Source: an uncultured Candidatus Saccharibacteria bacterium (GTDB taxonomy: Bacteria > Patescibacteriota > Minisyncoccia > JACQLN01 > CAZPCT01). From it: DNA of 39,605 nt. Of this stretch, positions 1 through 7,286 are shown in pieces. Position 1 is the first letter of the stretch; each line of letters starts with the position of its first letter. The stretch lies in NCBI GenBank assembly GCA_964600085.1, contig CAZRHU010000003.1, positions 1 through 39,605 of the forward strand. Direction: 5' to 3'. A model generated the notes under the pieces. It saw only the letters and a program-made list of their open reading frames with translations, did not search any database and had not been told where the DNA came from. The translations under genes were made by a program, and so were the position numbers.

Positions 1-22
1 CGATTAGGTTCTTTAACCCCCG

Positions 23-55
23 CTCCCGCGTTGAAATACACGCGGGAGTTTTTTT
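23..55 (+). terminator. Intrinsic terminator-like hairpin closing an off-window upstream transcript
   Basis: CTCCCGCG (23-30) pairs with CGCGGGAG (41-48) across a 10-nt loop. A T7 run follows at 49-55. Confidence 0.6.
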
Positions 56-91
56 GTTGAGAAAATAAGTTTAAGGCGCTACGATGGATAT

Positions 92-1987
92 ATGTATATA
101 ATTACTGCTATTCCTATTACTCCCCTTCCTCGTCCAAACGAGCAGATTTTTAGTTATTTTTTTGACAAAAATCTATCCAGAGGAACTTTAGCTGTGGCTC
201 CGTTGGGAAATCGCAGTGTCAAAGTCTTGGTTTTAAATAGTGAATCTCTAGAGAAGAAGAAGCTAGACATTAGAGGAGCTTCATATAAATTAAAAGGTTT
301 AAAGAAGGTTTTTAATGATAATAGGGTTTTAGGTGACGAAGATATAGAGTTAGCGCTCTGGCTTTCTGAAAAACTCTTTTCTCCTCTAGGTCTTGTTTTA
401 AAGTCGTTCTTACCAAAGTATCTTTTAGAAAAAGAAGATTTTTCTTACGAGGTCTCGCCAACCTTTACTCTGAAAAATAATTTTTCCTTTAGGTATGTAC
501 AAGGAAAGAGTCGTTTTGAAAAATATAGAAAGATTATTCAAGAACGTCTGGATAAAAAAGAACAAATCTTGGTGCTCTTTCCAAAGACGGCTGAAGCTAA
601 AGTTTTTTTTAATTCTTTAGACGATAAAATTAAAAAAGAGACACTTCTCTATAGCAGTTCTTTTACGCCTAAGAAAGATATTGAGATGAGGAAAAAAATA
701 TTATCTAAATCTATCAATTTAATAATAGGCACTAGATCTTCAATTTTTCTCTCTATTCCAGAGCTATCACTTATCATTTTAGAAGATGAGAAAGATGTTT
801 CTCATAAGTCCTGGGATCAGTATCCAGGATACGATACCAGGTCTATATCTCTCCGAATAGCGAAAAAGAGGGGTTTAACTTTAATTTGGGGCAGTTACAC
901 CCCGAGCGTTAAGGCCACCAGTATTTTAAAAAAAGAAGATAGAGAATCTCTTTTTGAGAAAACTTTTCCTAAGAAGATAGAGGTCGTTGATATGAAAAAA
1001 GAGATAAAAGAAAAAAACACCTCTCCTCTTTCCAGGTTAATTAAAGATAAAGTGGCTTCTTTAGAAAATTCAAAAAAACAAGCCCTCTTTTTAGTTAATC
1101 GCAGAGGCAGATACACGGTTGTTTTATGCAGAGATTGTGGATATGTCTTAAAGTGTTCTTCTTGCGACTCTTCACTTATAACCATAGAAGAAGATGATCA
1201 GAAGACCGACTTGTTTTGCCGAAGTTGTAGTAAAAGAGAAGAGGGTGTTGATCTCTGTCCTTCTTGCGGTTCTTATAAATTTAAAAAAATAGGGGCTGGA
1301 ACCAAAAGAATTATAGAAGAAATTAAAAAACTTTCTTTTACCGCTTCCGTTGCTGTTTTAGATAGTGACTCTATAAAAGATAGAAGCCAACAACAAGAAG
1401 TATTGAAAAATTTTAAAGAAGGTAAAATTAAAATTTTGGTCGGCACTCAGATGGTGGCGCGCCCCGAGTTAATGCCTCAAGTTGGTGTTATCGGTATTAT
1501 TAATATAGAGAGTCTTTTATTTCTACCTAATTACAATAGTGAAGAGGATGTTTATAGTGTAATCTCTTCTTTACAGAATATTTGTTCTGATGAAATTATT
1601 TGGCAAACTTACAACACTGAACATAGAATTGTGCAGTTTTTACAGAGCGGTAGATACGGCAATTTTCTAAGAGAAGAACTAAAACAGCGTCAAGCTTTTA
1701 AGTGGCCTCCTTTCTGGGAGGTTGTAAAACTAAACTTTGTAGATAAAAATAAAAAGAGAGGTGAAGAAGGTGTCAGTTTTGTCTATAGTAAACTTAATCA
1801 AGGTCTTTCCCAAGGAGTAGAGGTTTTTGAGCCCTTTCAATCTGAATCAAGTAAAGTAAGAGGCGGTTTTTCTTGGAGTATAATTTTAAAGATAGATAAG
1901 AATCTAAGCTTAGAAAAAAGAAATCAACTCCTCTCCCTAATTCCTTCTAAGTGGAGGATTGAAGTTGACCCAGTTAGTATCTTATAG
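92..1987 (+). CDS. priA: Primosomal protein N' (PriA)-like protein with degenerate helicase motifs
   Basis: PriA-type Cys-rich zinc region (CRDCGYVLKCSSCDS...CRSCS...CPSCGS). GTQMVA and KWPPF blocks are colinear with PriA. Motif I reads YVQGKS, motif II LEDEK, and the motif VI arginines are absent. Confidence 0.75.
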   Translation: MYIITAIPITPLPRPNEQIFSYFFDKNLSRGTLAVAPLGNRSVKVLVLNSESLEKKKLDIRGASYKLKGLKKVFNDNRVLGDEDIELALWLSEKLFSPLGLVLKSFLPKYLLEKEDFSYEVSPTFTLKNNFSFRYVQGKSRFEKYRKIIQERLDKKEQILVLFPKTAEAKVFFNSLDDKIKKETLLYSSSFTPKKDIEMRKKILSKSINLIIGTRSSIFLSIPELSLIILEDEKDVSHKSWDQYPGYDTRSISLRIAKKRGLTLIWGSYTPSVKATSILKKEDRESLFEKTFPKKIEVVDMKKEIKEKNTSPLSRLIKDKVASLENSKKQALFLVNRRGRYTVVLCRDCGYVLKCSSCDSSLITIEEDDQKTDLFCRSCSKREEGVDLCPSCGSYKFKKIGAGTKRIIEEIKKLSFTASVAVLDSDSIKDRSQQQEVLKNFKEGKIKILVGTQMVARPELMPQVGVIGIINIESLLFLPNYNSEEDVYSVISSLQNICSDEIIWQTYNTEHRIVQFLQSGRYGNFLREELKQRQAFKWPPFWEVVKLNFVDKNKKRGEEGVSFVYSKLNQGLSQGVEVFEPFQSESSKVRGGFSWSIILKIDKNLSLEKRNQLLSLIPSKWRIEVDPVSIL

Positions 1988-1996
1988 TTAATTTAT

Positions 1997-2455
1997 ATGA
2001 TTTTAGATATCGTAACAGGAAAAGACAATAAAATACTAAGAAGCAAATCTAAGCCCATAGATGACGTTGCTGATCCTAAAATTCAAAAACTTATAAAAGA
2101 TATGCAAGAAACTTTAGAGAATAGTGAGAATGGTATTGGCTTAGCTGCTCCTCAAATCGGTAGAAATCTCCAGGTTTTTGTGATAGATCCCGAGTTTAGT
2201 AAAGACGGTCATACTGTTTTTATAAACCCTGAAATAACTAAAGTTTCCAGAAAAAAGGTTGTTTTAGATGAAGGTTGTTTAAGCGTGCCCGGTAAGTGGG
2301 ATGAGTTAGGGAGACCGGAAAAAGCGACTATAAAGGCAATAAATGAGAATGGAAAGAAATTCAAAGTTCGCGGAAAAGGCATCTTAGCTCGGCTGTTCTG
2401 TCACGAGGTCGATCACTTAAAGGGAGTTTTATTTATTGATCACCTTAATCATTAA
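1997..2455 (+). CDS. def: Peptide deformylase
   Basis: All three Def motifs are present: GIGLAAPQIG, EGCLSVPG and HEVDHL. It lies directly upstream of fmt, the classic def-fmt pair. Confidence 0.95.
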   Translation: MILDIVTGKDNKILRSKSKPIDDVADPKIQKLIKDMQETLENSENGIGLAAPQIGRNLQVFVIDPEFSKDGHTVFINPEITKVSRKKVVLDEGCLSVPGKWDELGRPEKATIKAINENGKKFKVRGKGILARLFCHEVDHLKGVLFIDHLNH

Positions 2456-2509
2456 AACATTAAAACATTAAAACAAATTTATTTCGGTGTTATTATGCTT
2501 TAATTTTTT

Positions 2510-3433
2510 ATGAAGATTATTTTTTTTGGAACATCAGAGTTTGCGGTGCCGATATTAGAAGCGCTAAATAATAGTGATAATTTTGATATTGGCTTGGTTG
2601 TTGTTGAACCGTCAAAGCCGGCTGGTAGAAAAAAAGAATTACTTTTATCTCCTGTTCATAGTCTTTGTCGAGAAGAAGATCTAGACTTGTTTCCACCAAA
2701 AACTCTTAAAGATTCAGAAGTTCAGAAGATTATAAAAGACGTTAAAGCAGATATTTTTATTGTTGTTTCTTACGGCAAGATAATTCCCTCTCAAGTTTTT
2801 AATTTACCTAAACACAAGACGATTAACGTTCACCCTTCTTTATTACCAAAGTATCGTGGACCTTCTCCAATCCAGTCCACTCTATTAAGTGGAGATAGAG
2901 AAACGGGTGTTACATTAATTCAAATAGATGAAGAAGTTGATCGCGGACCCATAGTTTCTCAAGAAAAAATAAATATCAAAGATAACGACACATTCTTAGA
3001 TCTTGAAGATAAGCTATCACAGTTAGGAGCCGAGATGATTCTTCGTGATTTACCGAAGTATGTTTCCGGAGGTATGGGGCTAATTAAACAAAACCATAAA
3101 GAGGCAACCTTTACAGAAAAAATTAAAAAAGAAGACGGAGAGATAGATTGGAACAACTCGGCGCAAGATATATATAATAAATGGCGTGCTTTTATTAGGT
3201 GGCCCGGCGTTTACACTGTAATAAATAATACTCGCTTTAATCTAAAGAAGGTAAGAATTGCTAAGAATATTAGAGGGAAAGTTAAAGGTGAAATGTTTAG
3301 TGAAGACAAAAGATTGTTTAGGGGTTGTGCTGATGGAGTTATAGAGATAGAAGAAATACAACCCGAAGGAAAGAGCGCGATGGATGCAACCTCCTTTATA
3401 AATGGTTATAAGAACTTTTTATTAGGTTCTTGA
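2510..3433 (+). CDS. fmt: Methionyl-tRNA formyltransferase
   Basis: N-terminal MKIIFFGTSEFAVP and the HPSLLPKYRGPSPIQ formyltransferase motif. Protein is 307 aa and sits in def-fmt synteny. Confidence 0.9.
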   Translation: MKIIFFGTSEFAVPILEALNNSDNFDIGLVVVEPSKPAGRKKELLLSPVHSLCREEDLDLFPPKTLKDSEVQKIIKDVKADIFIVVSYGKIIPSQVFNLPKHKTINVHPSLLPKYRGPSPIQSTLLSGDRETGVTLIQIDEEVDRGPIVSQEKINIKDNDTFLDLEDKLSQLGAEMILRDLPKYVSGGMGLIKQNHKEATFTEKIKKEDGEIDWNNSAQDIYNKWRAFIRWPGVYTVINNTRFNLKKVRIAKNIRGKVKGEMFSEDKRLFRGCADGVIEIEEIQPEGKSAMDATSFINGYKNFLLGS

Positions 3434-3451
3434 TGAGATATAATAGGCCTA

Positions 3452-4618
3452 ATGAAGCTTTTGAATAAAAGTAAAATTTTATTTTTATTAGTTGCTATTA
3501 TTATCTTGATACTAGTAACTTTTTTTATTTTAGCTGGTGAAAGTTTTGATCTGGAAAATAGCGAAATTTATTCCTTTTTCGTTAATAGAAATGATATTTC
3601 TTTAGGAGAAAAACTAAAAAATCCCCCCTCCTCTTTGCGTGGTATATATATGACCAGCTGGACAGCGGGAACCCCTTCTCTCTTTAATAACTTATTAAAT
3701 CTTATTGAGGAAACAGAATTAAACGCAGTAGTTTTAGACGTTAAAGATTATAGTGGCTATCTCTCTTTTAGAACTAGTATTCCTTTAGCTGAAGAAATAA
3801 AAGCTCACGACGAATTAAGGATAGTTGATATTCAAAAAGTAATTAGAGATCTACACGATAGAAATATTTATGTTATAGGCCGTCTGCAGGTCTTTCAAGA
3901 TCCTCTTTTGGCTCTGGCGAGACCAGATTTAGCCGTTAGAGATTCTGTGACTAGGGAGCCCTGGAGAGATCATAAAAATCTATCTTGGTTAGATCCAGCC
4001 GGTCAAGAGGTTCGTCAGTATGCTTTAGAAATAGCAAGAGAAGCAGATAGATACGGCTTTGACGAGATAAATTTTGATTATGTTCGATTTCCATCTGATG
4101 GAAATTTAGAAAGAATGGTTTTTCCTTTTTGGGATAATGTTACGCCAAGATATGAAGTCGTTCGTTCTTTTTTTCAATTCTTAAGAGAAGAAACCTTGAA
4201 AGAAGATATAAAAATATCAGCTGATATTTTTGGTATGGCCTCCTGGAGAGCTATGGACTTAGATTATGATGCTTACATCGGCCAGAGAATGACTGACGCT
4301 CTCCCCTACTTTGACGCTGTAATGCCTATGATATATCCTTCTCACTTTGCTCCCGGAACCGTTGGTTTTGAAAATCCCGCTGACCACCCCTACGAGATCG
4401 TCTATGAATCTCTCAAGAGAACAAAACAGTTGATGGCTACTACCACAAATTGTGTTGCCAGTATAAGACCTTGGATTCAGGACTTTGATATAGGTGCTAA
4501 TTATGGCCCCGAAGAGGTTAGAGCGCAGATAAGAGCTACTTACGACAACGGCATTAAAGGGTGGGTGCTCTGGAACGCCAGTAATAAATATACCCGCGAA
4601 GCCCTACTAGAAAATTAA
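3452..4618 (+). CDS. Membrane-anchored putative glycoside hydrolase (DUF4015/GHL-type TIM barrel)
   Basis: N-terminal TM helix. Blocks LNAVVLDVKD, FDEINFDYVRFPSDG and PMIYPSHF...HPYEIV resemble the DUF4015 putative glycosyl hydrolase family, recalled from memory and not searched. Confidence 0.55.
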   Translation: MKLLNKSKILFLLVAIIILILVTFFILAGESFDLENSEIYSFFVNRNDISLGEKLKNPPSSLRGIYMTSWTAGTPSLFNNLLNLIEETELNAVVLDVKDYSGYLSFRTSIPLAEEIKAHDELRIVDIQKVIRDLHDRNIYVIGRLQVFQDPLLALARPDLAVRDSVTREPWRDHKNLSWLDPAGQEVRQYALEIAREADRYGFDEINFDYVRFPSDGNLERMVFPFWDNVTPRYEVVRSFFQFLREETLKEDIKISADIFGMASWRAMDLDYDAYIGQRMTDALPYFDAVMPMIYPSHFAPGTVGFENPADHPYEIVYESLKRTKQLMATTTNCVASIRPWIQDFDIGANYGPEEVRAQIRATYDNGIKGWVLWNASNKYTREALLEN

Positions 4619-4680
4619 CTCTTTAAAGTATTAAAAAAACGAGAATATGAAAACATTATCTGTATTATACATAACACTAG

Positions 4681-4715
4681 ATACTTAATACTTTATACTT
4701 TATACTTGATACTAT
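4681..4715 (+). repeat. Five tandem heptamers ATACTTN ending 3 nt before the dnaX start codon
   Basis: Read directly: atactta atacttt atacttt atacttg atactat, then tct ATG. Confidence 0.9.
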
Positions 4716-4718
4716 TCT

Positions 4719-6140
4719 ATGAATAACCTCGTTTTATACAGAAAATATAGACCACAAAAATTTAGTGATGTTGTTGGCCAAGAGCACGTGGTTAAAACAA
4801 TTCAAAATTCTCTAAAGAGAGATAAGATTTCGCATGCTTATCTCTTTACCGGTCCTCGAGGCACAGGTAAGACGACAATTGCTCGTCTTTTGGCCAAGAG
4901 TTTAAATTGTGAAGATAGAAACGAATTTTCTGAGCCCTGTAATAAATGTCAGAGGTGTGTTGAAGCTAGTAGAGGACAAGATATTGATTTAATAGAAATT
5001 GATGCTGCTTCTAATAGAGGAATTGACGAGATAAGAGATCTGAAAGAGGGTGTTCGTTTCGGAGCTTCTCGTGGAAAATATAAAGTATATCTAATAGATG
5101 AAATTCATATGATGACCAGAGATGCTTTTAATGCTTTCCTTAAAACCTTGGAAGAGCCCCCTCCTTTTGTTGTTTTTATACTGGCTACTACCGAACCTCA
5201 TAAGCTCTTACCAACCGTTATATCCAGAACTCAGCGGTTTGACTTCAGGCTTTTAAATTTAAAAGAGATAGAAGAGCGTCTCAAAAAAATTCTTTCTGCT
5301 GAAAAGGTAAAAGTTAAAGAAGAACAGGCGATTAAGCTTATAGCTCAAGAAGCCAACGGTTCTATTAGGGATGCTGAGAGTTTATTGGGGCAGGTCTTAG
5401 CTTTTAGTAAAGACGAGTTTGGGGTTGATGATATAGAGGAGATTCTAGGGTTGGTTAGTTACTCGAGGTTGAAAAAATTTGTCGATCTCTTAATAAAAAA
5501 AGATAGAGCAGGAAGTTTAATTTATATACAAGAAACCGCTGAAGCGGGACAAGACTTTAATCAATTTCTCTCTTCTCTTATAGGTTATCTCCGTTATCTT
5601 CTCTTAATTGGCTTAGATGAAGAGTTGGCGAAGAGATTTAAAAAAGAAATAAATGAAGAGGATTTTAAAATCTTAAAGAGTCAATCCGGGGAAGTTGATT
5701 CGTTAAAGATTGGAGAGTGGATGAGTGTTTTTACCGAGGCAAAAGAAGATTTAGAAAGCTATCCCCTCCCCCAGATAACTCTTGAAGTTGCTGTTGTAGA
5801 AGTTTTAAAAAACTCAATAAGAGACAGAGAAGAAACCCCTGAGAAGATAGAAAATTCAGAAGAAGACACCTCTGAAGTTAAAGATGCTTCTGTGAAGACC
5901 TTATTAGATAAGTGGGAAGATATAGCCGACGCTCTAAAACCACACAACCACTCTTTGTCAGCTTTCGTAAAAGCTGTTACTCCTCAAAAAATTGATGAGG
6001 ACGGCGTTTTAACTATTTCAACAAAGTTTTCTTTTCATAAAGAGCGTATTCAGGAAAGAAAAAATCGTTTAGCGTTAGAGGATGCTATTAAAAAGGCGCT
6101 CGGTAAAAAAGTGTCGGTTCGTTGCATCTTAAAGAAATAA
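4719..6140 (+). CDS. dnaX: DNA polymerase III subunit gamma/tau
   Basis: Clamp-loader N-terminus (YRKYRPQKFSDVVGQEHV), Walker A GPRGTGKTT, a Cys zinc module (CEDRNEFSEPCNKCQRC), and the SRTQRF sensor motif. Confidence 0.92.
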   Translation: MNNLVLYRKYRPQKFSDVVGQEHVVKTIQNSLKRDKISHAYLFTGPRGTGKTTIARLLAKSLNCEDRNEFSEPCNKCQRCVEASRGQDIDLIEIDAASNRGIDEIRDLKEGVRFGASRGKYKVYLIDEIHMMTRDAFNAFLKTLEEPPPFVVFILATTEPHKLLPTVISRTQRFDFRLLNLKEIEERLKKILSAEKVKVKEEQAIKLIAQEANGSIRDAESLLGQVLAFSKDEFGVDDIEEILGLVSYSRLKKFVDLLIKKDRAGSLIYIQETAEAGQDFNQFLSSLIGYLRYLLLIGLDEELAKRFKKEINEEDFKILKSQSGEVDSLKIGEWMSVFTEAKEDLESYPLPQITLEVAVVEVLKNSIRDREETPEKIENSEEDTSEVKDASVKTLLDKWEDIADALKPHNHSLSAFVKAVTPQKIDEDGVLTISTKFSFHKERIQERKNRLALEDAIKKALGKKVSVRCILKK

Positions 6141-6163
6141 AAAATGGCGAGCGTTAGCTCGTC
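6137..6163 (-). terminator. Small hairpin plus T-run downstream of tRNA-Gln
   Basis: 7-bp stem at 6146-6152/6157-6163 (one G-U pair) with a GTTA loop. On the minus strand it is followed by ATTTTTTAT. Confidence 0.45.
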
Positions 6164-6178
6164 AAACCGATCTATTTA

Positions 6179-6252
6179 TGGCTGCCGGGCCAGGGCTCGA
6201 ACCTGGATTCCATGGACCAAAACCATGTGTCCTACCATTAGACGACCCGGCA
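6179..6252 (-). tRNA. tRNA-Gln (anticodon UUG) with encoded CCA
   Basis: The reverse complement TGCCGGGTCGTCTAATGGTAGGACACATGGTTTTGGTCCATGGAATCCAGGTTCGAGCCCTGGCCCGGCAGCCA folds by hand into a full cloverleaf. It has a 7-bp acceptor stem with U1-A72, discriminator G, anticodon loop UUUUGGU and T-loop TTCGAGC. Confidence 0.93.
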
Positions 6253-6340
6253 ATGTTTAAAGTTTATTGAGGATAGTTAACTTATCCTTATAAGTCATAA
6301 CATCCTACCATTAGCCTGCCCGGCCAGGGACGACCCGGCA
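6253..6340 (-). mobile_element. 88-nt miniature (internally deleted) copy of the GIY-YIG element, abutting tRNA nucleotide 1
   Basis: It consists of the 3' 37 nt and the 5' 51 nt of the full unit joined together. By eye it is identical to 6636-6723. Confidence 0.8.
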
Positions 6341-6635
6341 ATGTTTAAAGTTTATTGAGGATAGTTAACTTATCCTTTGATCCTTTGTAGCTTTTTAAAT
6401 ACTTTTCTCTTTCTCGTGCTTTAACTTTTGAATCAAAAGTTTCAATATAGACTATTTCAAATGGTATGCGATGTTTTGTGGATTTAACCAATCCTTTATT
6501 ATGATATTCTAAACGTTTAATAACATTCTTAGACATACCTGTATAATATCTATTATCTTTTTTGCTTCTTAAAATATAAACAAAATAAGTCATAACATCC
6601 TACCATTAGCCTGCCCGGCCAGGGACGACCCGGCA
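6341..6635 (-). mobile_element. Full 295-nt GIY-YIG element unit (pseudo-tRNA head, ORF, TAAACAT tail)
   Basis: Its ends are the same as those of the two 88-nt units. The length difference is 207 nt, i.e. 69 codons. Confidence 0.75.
6345..6593 (-). CDS. Small GIY-YIG (URI-domain, COG2827-like) nuclease family protein
   Basis: The 82-aa protein starts MTYFVYILRSKKDNRYYTGMS, giving the GIY and YIG equivalents. It also has the RLEYHN block and a conserved Glu region EREKYLK. Confidence 0.85.
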   Translation of the reverse strand: MTYFVYILRSKKDNRYYTGMSKNVIKRLEYHNKGLVKSTKHRIPFEIVYIETFDSKVKAREREKYLKSYKGSKDKLTILNKL

Positions 6636-6723
6636 ATGTTTAAAGTTTATTGAGGATAGTTAACTTATCCTTATAAGTCATAACATCCTACCATTAGCCT
6701 GCCCGGCCAGGGACGACCCGGCA
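6636..6723 (-). mobile_element. Second 88-nt miniature copy of the GIY-YIG element
   Basis: Same sequence as 6253-6340 by eye. It is followed at 6724-6730 by ATGTTTA, which equals the first 7 nt of a unit. Confidence 0.8.
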
Positions 6724-6794
6724 ATGTTTATTTTTTACCATATTTTGTTTATTTTTCCAACAACCGAAGCGTAACCTCAAGAGTTGCGATTTAA

Positions 6795-6829
6795 CTGAAT
6801 AGAAAGGGCGCCCTTGTAGGGGCGCCCTT
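6795..6829 (-). terminator. Intrinsic terminator of the GC-rich lipoprotein-like gene
   Basis: 10-bp GC-rich stem AAGGGCGCCC (6804-6813) / GGGCGCCCTT (6820-6829). On the minus strand it is followed by TTCTATTCA. Confidence 0.65.
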
Positions 6830-6849
6830 GGGTTGAAGGTGCTGTGGTG

Positions 6850-7212
6850 TCAGTCGAAGTCTCTGTCTCGAAACTCGACGCTACCGGGACGATCTTTGCA
6901 CGTTCTGACTTCGCGAATATGGGATGTTCCCAACCGAAGATTTTTAGCAAAGACGGGAATTCTCCCACACTCCCTATCCTCGTATCTAGAATATTCATAC
7001 ACACGAATCCGAGGATTGTACCGGTGACTACTCCCGGATTCCAGGATAGGATTTTGAACATTGCCACCGATAGTTATCTTTAGATCGTCCACAGAGAGAT
7101 TGTGAACGTCAACAGGGATGTTCTCCTCATCAGGCCCAACGATGTCGTCGAGATCGAGGAATTCACATCCTCCGCAGAGAAGGGTGAGTGCCAGAAAGAA
7201 GAATTTATACAT
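6850..7212 (-). CDS. Small secreted or lipoprotein-like protein of unknown function, in a GC-rich island
   Basis: Signal-peptide-like N-terminus MYKFFFLALTLLCGGCEF. AGGAGG sits 6 nt upstream of the ATG. The gene has its own consensus promoter and terminator. A hand count of 6841-6900 gives 33/60 G+C. Confidence 0.6.
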   Translation of the reverse strand: MYKFFFLALTLLCGGCEFLDLDDIVGPDEENIPVDVHNLSVDDLKITIGGNVQNPILESGSSHRYNPRIRVYEYSRYEDRECGRIPVFAKNLRLGTSHIREVRTCKDRPGSVEFRDRDFD

Positions 7213-7257
7213 CGGTAACCTCCTGTATCAAAGGAACTAATATTTTCAACTATCTTT

Positions 7258-7286
7258 ATTATATTCTATTTTTTATATATTGTCAA
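7258..7286 (-). promoter_or_regulatory. Consensus sigma70-type promoter TTGACA-17-TATAAT
   Basis: On the minus strand, TTGACA is at 7286-7281, followed by a 17-nt spacer and TATAAT at 7263-7258. This lies about 45 nt upstream of the ATG at 7212. Confidence 0.65.

Noticed and set aside
2450-2473. Three tandem CATTAAAA octamers overlapping the def stop codon
   Set aside because: This is a real but tiny low-complexity repeat in an AT-rich spacer. No associated structure or gene was seen, so it is most likely slippage noise.
6253-6723. Regularly spaced identical repeats that could be mistaken for a CRISPR array
   Set aside because: There are only three units. The 'spacers' are themselves identical or form a complete ORF. 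The repeats are element ends carrying tRNA-derived sequence, and no cas genes are present.
6777-7083. Three extra ORFs overlapping the lipoprotein-like gene (6777..7067 -, 6833..7027 +, 6844..7083 +)
   Set aside because: Long open frames are expected by chance in a GC-rich patch. None has a start-codon context, SD or signal comparable to 6850..7212, which has a promoter, AGGAGG and a terminator.
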